A stretch of 61,808 nt of DNA, filler included, from Kipferlia bialata (GCA_003568945.1; 5 parts of 5 records of this genome joined end to end with filler, not necessarily neighbours in it); one strand, 5' to 3'. Positions 37,072-50,469 are shown, counted from the whole stretch's first letter. The notes: generated from the letters alone by a model not told the origin. Translations and numbers: made by a program.

Positions 37072-39625
37072 CTATGTCCCCACACCGGCGTCCATCTGAG
37101 GTGACGGATAGACGTGGAATACGCTCCTCATAGCCGCATACGATATATCCGTCTCCGTCCGAGGTTGGTCCACAATATGAACTGGTAGGTAAGTAACGTC
37201 ATATGGTGAGATCTCGATAGCTGAGTGCACTGCATACTCTATAACCATACCCAACAGACCGCATGAGGTGATACCGATCTGATGTCCTTGGGCAGCGGTG
37301 CCGACACTCCACCTATAGTCATGCGACGCAGGAAAGGATGTCATACACCGACTAGTATCCGTCATCGACGATGAAACGCTATTACATTGAATGCTCTGAA
37401 CAGAGTCTTTAGCGGATGTTCATGACCACTCATTATCCTACCTTATAGACTGGGGACGCTGACCTCACACTCTTTATGGCAGCATAGACCTACCGTAAGA
37501 GAAAAGGACGCTTATAGTCACCCATCAACACCTGTCAAGACTGTATCGTATAGTATCGTTACTGACACTCTAAGTTGCCCCTGCCATACCTTAGGGACGT
37601 CGTCAGGATGAATGCGGCCTGGGAATGCCGAGTTCTCCTGCGTCACCTGTAGGTCATTGCCGGCGCCGTATATGTTCAACCAGCTCTGAAGCAGATACAC
37701 TCTGCACTTGATCTCAGTCAGTCGCTTAGGGTCTGGTGTCAGAGTGTGAAGAACTCTCAATGAGAATGTGACTCATGAGATGATCATATCGGTTCTGCCA
37801 AATGATATCAGTACCTATAGGTATCACAAGCATCCACGATAGCCGCAAGGGCCTCACATTGTTTGTATGTGTGAATGTTGAACTTGATGTCTCTTGCACA
37901 TGGTCTGGCACTATCAGACGGGCAGATGGGGACACCTCAGATAGGTCAGTACTGCTGTGGCTGCTAAAGCTGTGTGACACACCACCACCTGCGGTCTGGA
38001 GTGATGTATCTGCAGATGCCTCGAGCTCTGTTTGGGTCATCTCCGAGCAGTCCCGACCCTGTGGCGAGATGGCCTCTTGGTGCCCTCCCTCCACTGCTGT
38101 CACCAGAGAGTGTCCGGCTAGCCACTCAGTCATCTGGACACTGGCCCCACTCTCCTGCTCTGTATACAGGGTGTGAGATATCACAGAGGACGTCAGTGTC
38201 CTCAGTCTGTGTTGAAGGGAACTGAAGGCCGGATCCCTCGCGAGGGCCTAAGGTTAATACTAACACACTGGAAAGCCTCAATATTCGTTAGCACTACCAC
38301 AATATAGCATGTCACAACACCACCTGAAGTACTTGAATGAGGTCATCGGCGCTAGTGACCACCTGTCCTGGGAGCACCGCTGCCTGCTGGTGCCACGGAT
38401 AGGACACCGTGCCCTTGAGGGTGTCAGTCATACCCCAGGTGGCGTTGTCGAGTAAGAACCCAGACCATCGTCCATTGTAGTGCGACGCTAGGTATGTCAG
38501 GACAGCAAACCAAGCATATCGTACTATGCTTACGACGAATGGTCCAACACTGGGCCTATTTCCGACAGGATACGTCTTGTTCGTCAGCAGCAAATGTACA
38601 GTGAAATTGGTCAAGTGCCTCTCCTGCTGGTGGTGGTCCGGTGTGTACGTCACGAGGTTGGAGAGAGACGAGGGTATCTCAGAAGGGTCACATACGAGTC
38701 CCTCTCTCACTGTCTTATGAATGTCATGGACCACCTCTCTACGTGCCTGGCTTCAGACATGGGCATTCTAAGATAGCCGTATACTTACAGTCTTACAAGG
38801 TGCTACATACCTCAGAGTCATATGGGAGCTGCCTTCGTGCAAGTATGTATCGATAGCTCTGCAGCCACAGAGAAGAAGTGATATCATCTGCGATGTCCCC
38901 TCCAGTGGAGTCGAAGAAGATGACAAGGCGTTGGTATATATGGGACAACGATCCATAGGACAATATGGGAAGGGTAAGCGGAGTCAAACTTGGAACCAGC
39001 ACCCCCACCACCACTGCCCCCTTGGGAGCCAGTCTGGCCACACTGCTCTGTACATGTAGCAGGAGGGATCCAGCGACAGCCACTGAAGATATCACACTCG
39101 TTAGGGTGTTCAATGTGAAGAATAGCTGGTCTTGTGATCGGAACATTGTGTAAATGGTGGTTCCTGGTTCCAGGCTTGTCCTCCTTGGTAACATACGGTG
39201 GACTAGAAGCAGTGTTTCCACAGGCACAACACCTACCACTGCCACTGATGTCATTGGTATGCCTCTGTGACCTGAGCTGTATATATCAGACAGCACCGAC
39301 AGGACCTTGAGGCACCACGAGGCCACCACCATTCTTCCTATCAGGGATGTGGGGAGACCAGTACTACCCCGGAGACCAGAAGTAAGTGTTGACTGTATGA
39401 CCACATATTGAGGGGCATGGCTTACTAAGAGCATGATACAGTCGTCAAGGACCGAGTTAGTTGCGAGGTATACGGGGAGGCAAAGGAAAGACCAGGCCAC
39501 GTACAGAGCAAGGACACGGGCAGGTGTCTGAAGGTGAAAACCCAGTCACACAGTGAAAGATACTGCTGGGTTGACATAGTATTGGCACTCACCAGGACGA
39601 GACGGTATGTGAGACTCTCCGACAT
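37072..39625 (-). CDS. Multi-exon membrane protein, possibly with degenerate nucleotide-cyclase-like segments; may be continuous with the PDE domain
   Basis: MSESLTYRLVL|TPARVLALYVAWSFLCLPVYL and several further hydrophobic spans in ORF 38793-39500; soluble ORFs 38312-38734, 37726-38184, 37518-37760 and 37072-37365 follow on the same strand. Confidence 0.5.
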
Positions 39626-39889
39626 ATTGGCCGTCCACCCCGGAGTGATGGAGAGATTTGAGGGGTCTACCGATTAACGGAGATAGTCTGACAGGATGAA
39701 ACAGACAACTCCTCTAGGTTCAATGGAAATGGAAGTTGTGTGTATATCATCGGCGGCATTGGCAGTATGAGGATATCTCTTTGCCATGTAAACCCTTCAG
39801 TGTTGAGGGTATCATGATCTTATTTACAGCATTTCAATTACTACTCAGAAGGTCTTCTTGCATCGTCAATGATCACTTGTGTAGATCCC

Positions 39890-40335
39890 CTATAACACGC
39901 CCTGGGCGCTCCACAACCTGCGGAGGGTGCATATCGGTATCAACTGAGGAATTCCCCAGGTTATGATGGTAGAGGGTATCAGACAGGGAGGGTAAGTGTA
40001 ACAATTCTACCCTTGTACCAGTGTGAGTGGCACTCACTGAGTACAAGTCACTAGCCTGCGCTTTCTGCGTCCACCCGTCCAACCCTGGACCCTCCAGGAG
40101 CACTAGCAACACTTGTGACCCAGGGACCGAGGAACACGGCCACCACCGGCACCCCCCCCCCATGACAATCATCATTCATCAATGTCCATGGAGACGAGGG
40201 GCTACTCGACAACACCCTCGTCCTCGGCGTCAACCACAAGCACATTGACCGCGATAGACTACGAGGGGGCAGGGTCAGATTTACTGAGCACTGTACATAG
40301 TACCTGTAAACAAGGTGCCCTACAAGACTTGTGAA
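39890..40335 (+). CDS. Small spliced hypothetical gene (start uncertain)
   Basis: AG/GT-bounded blocks IPYNTPWALHNLRRVHI and a Pro/Ser/Thr-rich frame ending QGALQDL*. Confidence 0.3.
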
Positions 40336-40826
40336 AGACACACCCTACTTCCCTGGCTCCACCTGTCCATAGAGTCGTGTTTTAACTGAAAACTTTTCAG
40401 ACCCCACTTTCTGTGACAGACCGTCAGTCAGTATAGATCACCATGTACATTGTACCGTGTATTCATGGTGAAATATTCTCTTGCCATACAGACTTGACGA
40501 AAGGCACCCGACTGACACCTAGAATAATCCAGATATTACCAGAGTCGATCCCCCAAGCTCTTCATTCTGTAGGACGGCCCTAAAGTAGAACCTGCAGAAT
40601 GTATATAGATCTAAATGAAACAAGGGTCCAGGTGTTTTTGTTGGCTTTGTTGGCACATGCTGCCAACGAGCTATTCATAGACATCGATTCGGTTGGACTG
40701 GAATAGTGCTTAGCTTTAGAAGAGTGCACCAGTCTTCCCCCTTAGAGTCCAGGGGGGCCGAGAGAGACACAACTTGGGGCTCTGTGTCTGTGAAGACAGA
40801 GAGTCGCCATTAGTGACTGAGAGACG

Positions 40827-41817
40827 ATGTCAGCAACAATCAATGCTGAGGAGCTGTGGCCGCTGACGGCTGCCAAGAGCTTCAAGTCGTTCACTGAGTC
40901 ACAGCACCTGGATGACGGAGACTTCTGTGCGCATGTGGTGTTCATCCCCAACACGTCGTTTGCACAGCGGTCAGAGACCCTGGCCTACAAGAAGAAGCAC
41001 GGGTGCTATGCCATGTTTGCGGCATACCCCGTCAACAGCAGCATGGCAGACCTAGAGGTATGGGCTGTGCTTGGGGTTATACGTTCTGCTTGTGTGTGTA
41101 TGTATGAGGGTCGTCGTCAAGCTCAATGTATGTGCAGGGGTGGTGGTGCGGTGTCACATACATACAGGGGTCATGTATATTATACGTAGTGAGCATAGTG
41201 AGTCCTGTGTGTCGTTACGGACGCAGCAGAGGGTCATTGGTATATATAGGCTGTGTTTCGGCGTTGGCTCTCTTCTTCTCTCGTACCCCGTCTTCCCTGA
41301 CCTCAGGGTGCTCTGCAGCTAGGCTTTGATGGGTTCCTGCTGTCCATGGCCAAGTACGACTACGATAGACCCATCACTGACCTGCTGAACACCCTGGCTG
41401 ACATCGCATCCCTCGGGAGGTGAGTGTAGGAGACTATATCATTGCTGTGCCCCTCCCCCCCTTGCCAACCTCAGACTCACCATCCTGGAGCACTGTGACT
41501 ACAACCACATCAGACCCTGCCTCCCCTACGTCAACGGGTTCCTGCTCAGCAACCCCCTCTACGCACCCATCGGCGGAAGGTATGAGCCACCTCACTTCTG
41601 TCCCTTCCATGTGTCTATATATATATATGTGCATAGATATCATAGATATCACAGATATCAATCGTATATGCCCAGGGATACTGTCTCTGCTCCTTGTATG
41701 CTACCCTCAGGCTTCTTCCCCGCAAGACCCGGCAGCTGGAGCCCGTGCTGAAGCTGCTGCAGCAGGAGACGCAGTCCCGACCCGACTTTGCTGTATTTGC
41801 TAGCCAGTACATCAGAG
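40827..41817 (+). CDS. N-terminus of a multi-exon protein (3' truncated), weakly resembling the N-terminal domain of fungal Gtb3-like GT4 polysaccharide synthases
   Basis: MSATINAEELWP...GFDGFLL...PYVNGFLLSNPLYAPIGGR|LLPRKTRQLEPVLKLLQQETQSRPDFAVF; strong codon bias and clean GT-AG introns; family call recalled, not searched. Confidence 0.45.
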
Positions 41818-41929
41818 GTACGGGTGTCCTGGCTCTCTCTCTCTCTCTATGCATTGGTGTACTGGACTGCCCTGTGTATATTCTCCACTCCCCCCCCCCC
41901 CCCCCCCTTCCGGGGGGGGTTTTGTTTTT

Positions 41930-42029
41930 NNNNNNNNNNNNNNNNNNNNNNNNNNNNNNNNNNNNNNNNNNNNTTAATTAATTAANNNNNNNNNNNNNNN
42001 NNNNNNNNNNNNNNNNNNNNNNNNNNNNN
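41930..42029. other. Artificial contig spacer
   Basis: N-run, TTAATTAATTAA, N-run. Confidence 0.98.
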
Positions 42030-42660
42030 GGGGAGGGTGTGGGGGGGTGGGGGGGGGGGGGGGGGGGGGGGGCTCATATCATCAGTAACTAGCCAGGGTT
42101 AAATGAGGCACTATTGCATACACAGAGTGACATGTACCGGCACTTACCAATGATACGTGAGCCAATTGAAGACGCGAGACCTAAAAGAGTAGAACAAAGG
42201 ACCCAAGTAGAGGCTGGAAAAAACGTGCCTACACCCTTGTCGTTACTCTTGCAATAGGCCAGTTCACTCTCGGTCATAACACATAAGGGGCTAGGCTTGA
42301 TAGCCGCCAAAAACATAGATTCCTCTCGGTCTCTGGGCCAAAATATCCATTAGTTTTTCTTATCAGATTCTCCAGTTACATAATATCAATCCATATCACC
42401 AGCAAAGTCGTTTATGACAAATTTGTCTTGTGGTCAAGATCGACCCGATTCATTGGTGCAACGTCATCGCCAACCATCAATAGTACTAAGGTTGAGCAAG
42501 ACACTCTTAGACCTCTCCAGTGTCTGTACCTATGTATATATACTATATACTACATACTATGGTACTTGAGAGGCAGAGGGGCCAGTGGTACTAACTCTAG
42601 AGAGACGTTATCGCGTAGAAAGTGCAGGTTTACATGTTTGCCCGCTATAACTGTTGTAGC

Positions 42661-45600
42661 CTATAACACCAGAGCTATGTCAGGTCCTAGGAAACGGGGA
42701 TCGATATCCACCATCAACATTGCCTCTCTTGCCACTAGCAACAGAGTATAGGGGTTCATCATCACACTCCTACAGTCCTTTAGCTCCTTGTACAGAGCAA
42801 CACTCTCGGGTAGGAGGGCAAGTCGGACCTTGTCAAGGGTTACATTGTCTCTTAGTACCGGTTGGTGTACGGTCCTATTTGTGACTCCCTTAATACTTAG
42901 CCGTGCCCTGCTTGCTCTCAGATGACGCTCGCCATAAAGAGGTACGGCATAGAGACTCTCACTAGTGCTGGCAGTTGAAGTAGTCTCTTCCCACCACTCC
43001 CTGTTGCTGTACACTACATGGTACCAGATGGTGTACAGGTGGTGGCAGGACCCACTAGTGACACCTACGCATTAGAGTATATATACATATATATATATAC
43101 TTATATATATGGTAGCACACAGTGTACATGTGGGGGCAGGCCTCACTAGTGACACCTAGGCATAAGAGTATATCTATGAATATATGTGTTAATAGTACGT
43201 AATAATAATTCATACTATGACGAAGTCAGACAGTCTGACCTGCAGTGACAGCACAGGGTGGTAAGAGAATACAACGGTCACATAGAGTATATAATCAATA
43301 CAGTAAGATAATAGTACCGTAAGCAAGAAACTATAAATACAATCTGACCTGTAGTGACAGCACAGGGTGGTCTTTCAGCGCACTGGGTCCACACCCTAGT
43401 CTCCAGAGACCACTCCCACGTCAGCTGAGAGATTAGTAATTGACACACACACAGAGAGAGGGAGGGCGGGGAGAGAGAGAGGGACTTAGTCTCCAGAGAC
43501 CACTCCCACGTCAACTAGTGATAAGTAGCTGTATAATTGATGATTAATTCACATATGTACTATATATATATAGATAACCAGTGTGAGAGAGAGAGGTTTC
43601 TAGTCTCCAGAGACCACTCCCACGTAATCTGGGAGGTTAAAACACATGGTTACTCCTCTGTAACCACCATTGCACTCTTGATCGCAAAGCGAAATACCAC
43701 GTATCTAAAAAGATGTACATGTATCTACGTGTACAATATATGGAATATATAAGTATACACATATATACATCTGTGTCCTCGTCTGTGACCACCAGTGTGT
43801 CACCCACAGCAAAGACATGTACTATTTACCAATGTATACACTATCTATATATATGTATATATATACTGTATATGGTACCTCCGTGTCCTCGTCTGTGACC
43901 ACCAGTGTGTCATCAACAGCAAAGACAAGTATGTACTTGTTCGGTGTTGGACCCATCCCTTCTCCAGACGATAAAGGGTCCAGAGGAGCAATAGATTTCT
44001 TCCCTTCCCCACAAGACGGGACATCCTCCCATTGTGCTGTGTCAATGGAGTATACAGACATGACCCATACGTGCTCGTACCTCCCGTCAGTATCGGTGTC
44101 AGTATCAGTGTCACTGTCAGGCTCAGGTTTGGCTACTAGACGGACCCCCCCCATATGCTACCACCACCTCCCCTACCCTGGTAAGGGTCATCTTAACGAC
44201 ACCTTGGGGGTTGGGAGGGCCTGGTGTTAGACATATATATATAGAGAGAGAGAGAGAATAGGAAAGAGACCAGATAGGGGAAGTAGCAAAAGTGCAAGGG
44301 AGACCAAGAGAGAGAGAAGAGCAGAGAGAGACACCGCGAGGGATAGATAGGTAATCAGAGAGATAGGAGTAAGGAAACCTGCGATGTCCTCTGTCCGTAT
44401 GGTATAATCATCAATAATATAATATACTATATACTATAACAATACTATATATATGTGTGTCCCCACATATATGTCTATATATACCTGCGATGTCCTCTGT
44501 CCCTATGGTATAGTCATCAATAATATAATATACTATATATACTGCTGTGGTGCGGTATATATAACATATATATAACAACATTTAATATACATATGTCCCC
44601 ACATATATGAATGTCTATATATACCTGCGATGTCCTCTGTCCCAATGGTATCGTCATCATTGAGAGTGAGTATACACCACTTCTGTTCATGATCACCATC
44701 CCTTGACAGATGGTATGTCAGCATGGCAGAGTTATGACCTGCATTGAGAATTATACACATATATACATATATACTAAATACTATACATATATAGTGTCAT
44801 CTTCTGATAGATGGTATGTCAGCATGGCAGAGTTATGACCTAATGTGAGAATAACATTAGAAGTGTACATCATGATAGTAATGATAATGATTTCTATGTC
44901 TATATATAGTCACCTCCTCTTAGATGGTATGTCAGCATGGCAGTGTTATGACCTACGACGTGAGTGGTATTTATTGTTATATGTGTATACACATATCCAT
45001 ACATATATACATATGTGTAGCAGTGTTATGGCCAATATATGCGATGACAGTACAACCACTACTCTAATAGTTTAGTCTAGACACTTCTATATGATGATGG
45101 CATGTGGAATAGAGGTCGTAGACATCACCATTAACAATCATAGAGCACACGCTCCTATGAAAAACAGCATCCCATTCGACATATCTATATGACTAAATGT
45201 ATATATGAATATATATACAGTATTGTTACACCATTACTCGATACTCATATATATATATATGAATTAATGTATATATGAATATATATACAGTATTGTTACA
45301 CCAATATTTGATACCCACCTATGTTGACCACAGATATGGCATCAGCACTCCGTTCCATATACCTTCATGGAATAATAATGAATGTTTCGAACTATATCAA
45401 TACTATTACCCACCTATGTTGACCACAGATATGGCATCAGCACTATGTTCATGACCTGAACCTATGCCTGGGGGTCAATATATATAATGTATCATCTATA
45501 TATATTCAATACTGATAATCATGACAGTATCAGTATCTCTAAGCATACTTATACTGATAACTGAAGTCTATGCCCTGGGGGTAAGTAATTAGTAATGTTC

Positions 45601-45868
45601 ACCAAGTGAGGGTGGAGTATGTGCTGTAAATACTTCCTCTTCTGTCAAAAGAATTATCACTGGGGCTAGTACTTGGTGTGACATAATAGTATATATCAAT
45701 AGGTACCAGAAGGGTGAAGCGTACTTGTCATGGGTTATAATGACACGATACTCATATAAGCTTATACACTTGTAACAAATTCTATAATTATGAACATGTG
45801 CATACCAATATATAATTACATATACCTGGGAGCTTAGTACACATAGTGTACCAAGGAACACCGTCCAT
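42661..45868 (-). CDS. Multi-exon kelch-like beta-propeller protein
   Basis: MDGVPWYTMCTKLP..., MSVYSIDTAQWEDVP, TWEWSLETRVWTQCAERPP, ending LLLVAREAMLMVDIDPRFLGPDIALVL*. Confidence 0.65.
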
Positions 45869-45952
45869 CTCTCTCTCTCTCTCTCTTGATCTGTCTCTCT
45901 CTGTATACACCCTCTCTCTTACGTGTATCCCACTGCTGTGTCAGTTAGTGGG

Positions 45953-45969
45953 ATGGAGGTGTGTGATGT

Positions 45970-46008
<39 letters not shown>

Positions 46009-48802
46009 GGGGGGGAAAACCCATTCGTTCCCCCCCCCCCCCCCCCCCCCCCCTCTTTCTCTCTTTCATTTAGGCACTGTTCTTTCCTCTCTGTATATGC
46101 TCTGGCCACATTTTTATTATTAATGTCATTCACAATTTTCTTCTCATCGCAGATGACTATGTATGTTGTGAGCTACTGAAGAGGGGCATCGTTGGTGTTG
46201 TACTTGACACGCTTAGCAGCAGCCACACTATCGACAACGAGTGCGCAGCCCTGCATACACTCAACAGCCTCCTGGTGTGTGGAGGCGAGTGCTTGTCTCC
46301 ATGTGTTATTGACTTATGCTCTATAGCATATTGTTTGGTAGTCATGCTCTCTCTCTCTCTCTCCCCCCTCCGTCTACGTCCAGCCTCTATAGCCACTCAC
46401 CCCAGAGCCTGCTCTCCCCATTCTGAATATGCCTGCTGTCCACGACCTGTGCAGCTCCAGTATGAGCAGGGATACCACCCTCACCCCTGTGACAGATGCC
46501 CACCTGGAGCAGGCTGCTCTCCTCTTCGATGCTGTGTCAGCCCATCTGGACAAGGGTACGTGATAAAACACTCCCCATGTGTCTAAGTTGGTATATGGGT
46601 CATACATTGCCTGGAACTTTCCCAATCACACACTCCCTCACCCTCTAGTTGACCCCCCTGCCGGTAGACGCCTCAAGGACAGTGTGATGCAGCCCCTGAT
46701 ACGTGGGGTCAGGGCCCACATAGACGGTGCACACTGGGTCGGTCTGGTGTCCCTAGTGTTCACTCTCACCAAGATCACAGCCAGTTCAGCAGGTACATGT
46801 GGTGTGTACTGATATATGCAATTTCCCAATGTTCGATTATGCTATGAATGTCTCACTGCAGACAAGTGTGGTGCAGTCGCCCTTGGTGTTCATGCCCTTG
46901 CCACTGACATTCTGCGTCAGAACCAGGACTCCATGCACATAACGATGGCTGGGGTGGGCCTTCTCTCTGCGGTTTCCGTAGGTATTGACAGTGGTATGTC
47001 TCTACTCTACCATCTCTTTACCAGCCCAAGTCTGTATCCTCACCCCAGATGCGCCTAAGAGTGTCCAGCTAGCCCTGTGTGAGAGTGGGGCTGTGGGACT
47101 ATGTGCCACTGTGCTCCGGACTCATCGAGAGACCCCCGCATTGGTCTCTGTGGCCCTCCAGGTCCTCTGCCACATTGGTGGTAAGGGTGCGTCGTACGTG
47201 TGTATCGACTGTCTCTACTCAATTCTGACAAGGAATGGACCTTACGTTAGCGATTAACGATCCACTGATCGACGAGAAGTGTCACATTCTGGCCATTGAG
47301 GCCATATCCCATGACATTCTGGTATGCACGCAATACTACGATCATCACATCGAGAAACAATTTGCTCCGGGGGGTATACCGCCGTACATCTGTCTAATTG
47401 ATGCCAGAACGACAATCTGGTCTGCAATGCGGCGAATCTTCTCATGGTTCTATGTATGGGTAAGAGGACACTAGTGTGAATCAGTATGCGTCACTCCAAT
47501 TGAAGTTCAAGGAATAATAATACTCTAATGTACTGCCCATGTTTCTCTCTCACCCCAGCCCCAGTCGTGGCTGCCATGTTGATGCAGAGAGAGTCCCTCA
47601 CGACCCTTGTGGCAGCTATGAACTGTCACATGGACTCCGATGACGTCCCCATCCCCATCATGAGCATCCTGCAGTACCTACTCAGAAAGCGTACGTCACT
47701 GTAATGTGATATATTTGGTTTGGAGGATTAGTCATACAAGTATGTCTCGCCTCCTGACCCTCACCCTAGCTGAGTACTACCCACGTCTCAAGGAGTTCTC
47801 CATCCCAGACTGTGTCCAGAGGTACGGCAGTGTGTGTATATAGAACATACTTCTATGAATCAATACTCTGTGGGATATTCTTTGGTTCTTCTACAGTATG
47901 TACATGTATGTATATATGATGTATATAACTTGAGTATATCACTGACGTACAGGTATGGGGAGAAGAACCCTGGCAACAAGCTAGGCAACATGTTGGCAGC
48001 ACTGCTACAGGTACACCAATACAGGGGGTGAATATCAGGGTCTTTATGCTGTGAGACACCTTCAGTGTTCGAATTCATTATCCCAGAAGAAGAGCGCCGT
48101 TAACGCTGTTGAGGGAGATGGTCCATCTGGCGTAGTTTCAGATGAGACACTTCACGACACCGCTTGTGAGCTCCTCATCACCCGGCACATGAGTCTCTCA
48201 AGTCACGCTGCCAGGAGTGGTATACTAGGAGAAGACAGCCTTAGTCTCCCTGCTGGAACTGCTACGGTGCTATATCTGCCAGAGGTCTCCCAGAGCTCTC
48301 TCAATGGGTTTTGCTCCACCCTGCGAGCAGTTGGCCTCACTGTTTCCAATGTACATGGCTTCAAGTCCCCCAGCGCCCTGAAGCGTGATCTGGCCCTGTG
48401 TCCTATGGTGGTGGTGTGCACCCACCTCTGTGGCCGGGCCAAGCCCGGGAGCAAGGCCCACAAGCTCCACATGTGTGTGTGGAGAGAGTTGGTCAGGCAT
48501 GGTGTCAGTGTCCGAGCTCTTGTGTACCTGCAGGAGGTACTTGACCTCAGTCTTAAGACTGCATGTACGTCAACAACTCATTGTCTCACCTCCAGGCAGA
48601 GATGGCTAACGACGCTGTTGCTGCCTCTTTCCTCAGCATGTACACCTCTCTGGCAGAGTGCGTCAAGAGCAACTATGTGCAGAAGCTGTCGCAGGAGACA
48701 CAGACTGCTCTTTGGGAGCAAGGTAGCCTCCTCTACTGCCAGTTCAAGAACGACGTTTCATTTAGGTCTCACACCAGAGAACACTCTCAGTTGCCTGCCT
48801 AA
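45953..48802 (+). CDS. Armadillo-repeat protein with a C-terminal TIR-like domain, multi-exon
   Basis: ARM-like repeats (LLKRGIVGVVLDTL, AVALGVHALATDILRQN, LCESGAVGLCATVLRTHRETPALVSVALQVLCHIG, ESLTTLVAAMNCH) followed by TVLYL..FCSTLRAVGLTV..LKRDLALCPMVVVCT..CVWRELVRHG..ALVYL. Confidence 0.7.
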
Positions 48803-49481
48803 GGAAACCTTCTTCGAGCACGTATGGAGTGATGTATGTCGGGGTCAGCGTGAGTATGTAGACGAGTAACTGGGTGTTTGATGATACATGAGCATATGTA
48901 TTTGTTATGGAGTTGTCTTCTTTCGGAGGCCAGTTCTCTCTCAGCAACATGTGTGGTAACTGTCGTTATACATCAGGCAACGCACCCACTCTCTACTTCG
49001 CCCCTGTTTCAATAGATGATAAGGGTTCCTCAAAGGGATGTGCTCTACTTGAAATAGAGTCTATTTAGCTTGGGAATCCCAATGGGATCCGGCTGCAGCT
49101 TTCAGGACTCAGCCCTCCATGAGGGCTGTTACGGAGATTTGGTTTCAGGTACCAAGGTTCTTTCGTGGTTTCCAATAGCGTGGTGTGCTACACAGCTCGT
49201 GCCGCACTTTGCAAGGTGGAAGAAACGTTTCATACGAAGAAGGCAAAAGAGTCCATAATGAGAACACTGCACTTGTATGTGCGATATTCTCTGCATTCTC
49301 CCACAAAACCGTAGAGTCTACAGTAATGATTTCGACTCTAGTAGTAACAAGGTAACTTATAACTCTCTACTGCCACTACCATTTTGCCTATTAGACACAG
49401 TGGCCTACCTTGTGAGACGCCCCACGGAGCCTCCGTGACGGAGGCATATAGTGCGTCCCCCCTGGGTTCCTCCCGACCGGA

Positions 49482-50469
49482 GATGCCTCTCATGTCAAGT
49501 CTCTTTGTGGGTCACTGCAGAGACTACTCCACCTCACTAGATATAGCCACTCTCACAAGTGTTGGTCACAACACACTGGCTCTGTATCATCACGAATATG
49601 GGGGTGAGACGTTGTACATGTGCTCTCTCCAGCAGGATGGTACGATTGAGTGTGACACGGGTACTAAGGTTCCAAGCATGGAGTCAAACCAATTGGGATT
49701 CAGTAACGGTGTCCTCTACGCAGCACATGAAGAAGGGTTCGTAACCCTCCCTCTAGACACATTGGAGCCTAGATTCTATTTGTTGTCCCATCTTCCTCGT
49801 GACACAGTGATTTGTTCCCACTTCACTGTAGACCAGTCCTACTACCTTGCAGTCAGGTACTCTCTAACGAATGGTGAACGGCGTGGTCAGGGGGTGAGCA
49901 GAACCCTGGGTCTGGACTTAGAGTATATCTCTCAAGGCTGGGTTGAGAGTGATACACCTACACCGATGCTATGCGAGTTGGAGACACGAGCTGCACTACC
50001 AGTAATAGGGGACACCGCATATGGTGTATCAGTGGATTGTAGTGTTGTTTCTTTCCACAGATCCACCGGATGGTCCATCAGTGAGTGTGTGGTCCCTGAG
50101 CTGTGTCCTCACTCCAGCATCAGTATGTTTGCTGTTGGAGGCCAACTGGTGATTTCCTATCCTACCTATATCAACAACTGCTTGAAGTACAGTAGGGTCC
50201 TCTATGATACCATCTCAGGGGACCTGGCGAGGCTGCCAGATCACAATGGTGGTTGCACATACTTCCGTGGGATGTTTCATCCAGCACTTGCAGTGCGATC
50301 AGCAACACCCCACCGTGTTGGGCTTGGCCACACGATGCGGCCCACGCTCCACTACATCAACCCTGGCTTTGAGTACCCCCATGAGGGTATGCTGTGGGCA
50401 TTCATTCCACCAGAGTGTGTGATGACACCTAGTGGTGTGCAATATGGTATTCCAGACTTGAAAGATTGA
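49482..50469 (+). CDS. Intronless kelch-like / beta-propeller protein
   Basis: Long single ORF (TTG at 49384, first ATG near 49482); LPVIGDTAY, SFHRSTGW, SMFAVGGQLV, LYDTISGDLARLP, C-terminal YINPGFEYPHEGMLWA. Confidence 0.62.

Noticed and set aside
39890..39990. CRIB motif in PWALHNLRRVHIGYDG
   Set aside because: Only HIG.D matches; the ISxP..F.H part is missing
34740..40400. Endogenous viral element, suggested by the lack of microsatellites and fragmented ORFs
   Set aside because: The fragments resolve into GT-AG exons of PDE-like and membrane-protein genes
42073..42480. AT-richer patch with a 75-aa ORF as a viral or mobile-element relic
   Set aside because: Stops in all extended frames and no recognisable motif; cannot support a call without a search
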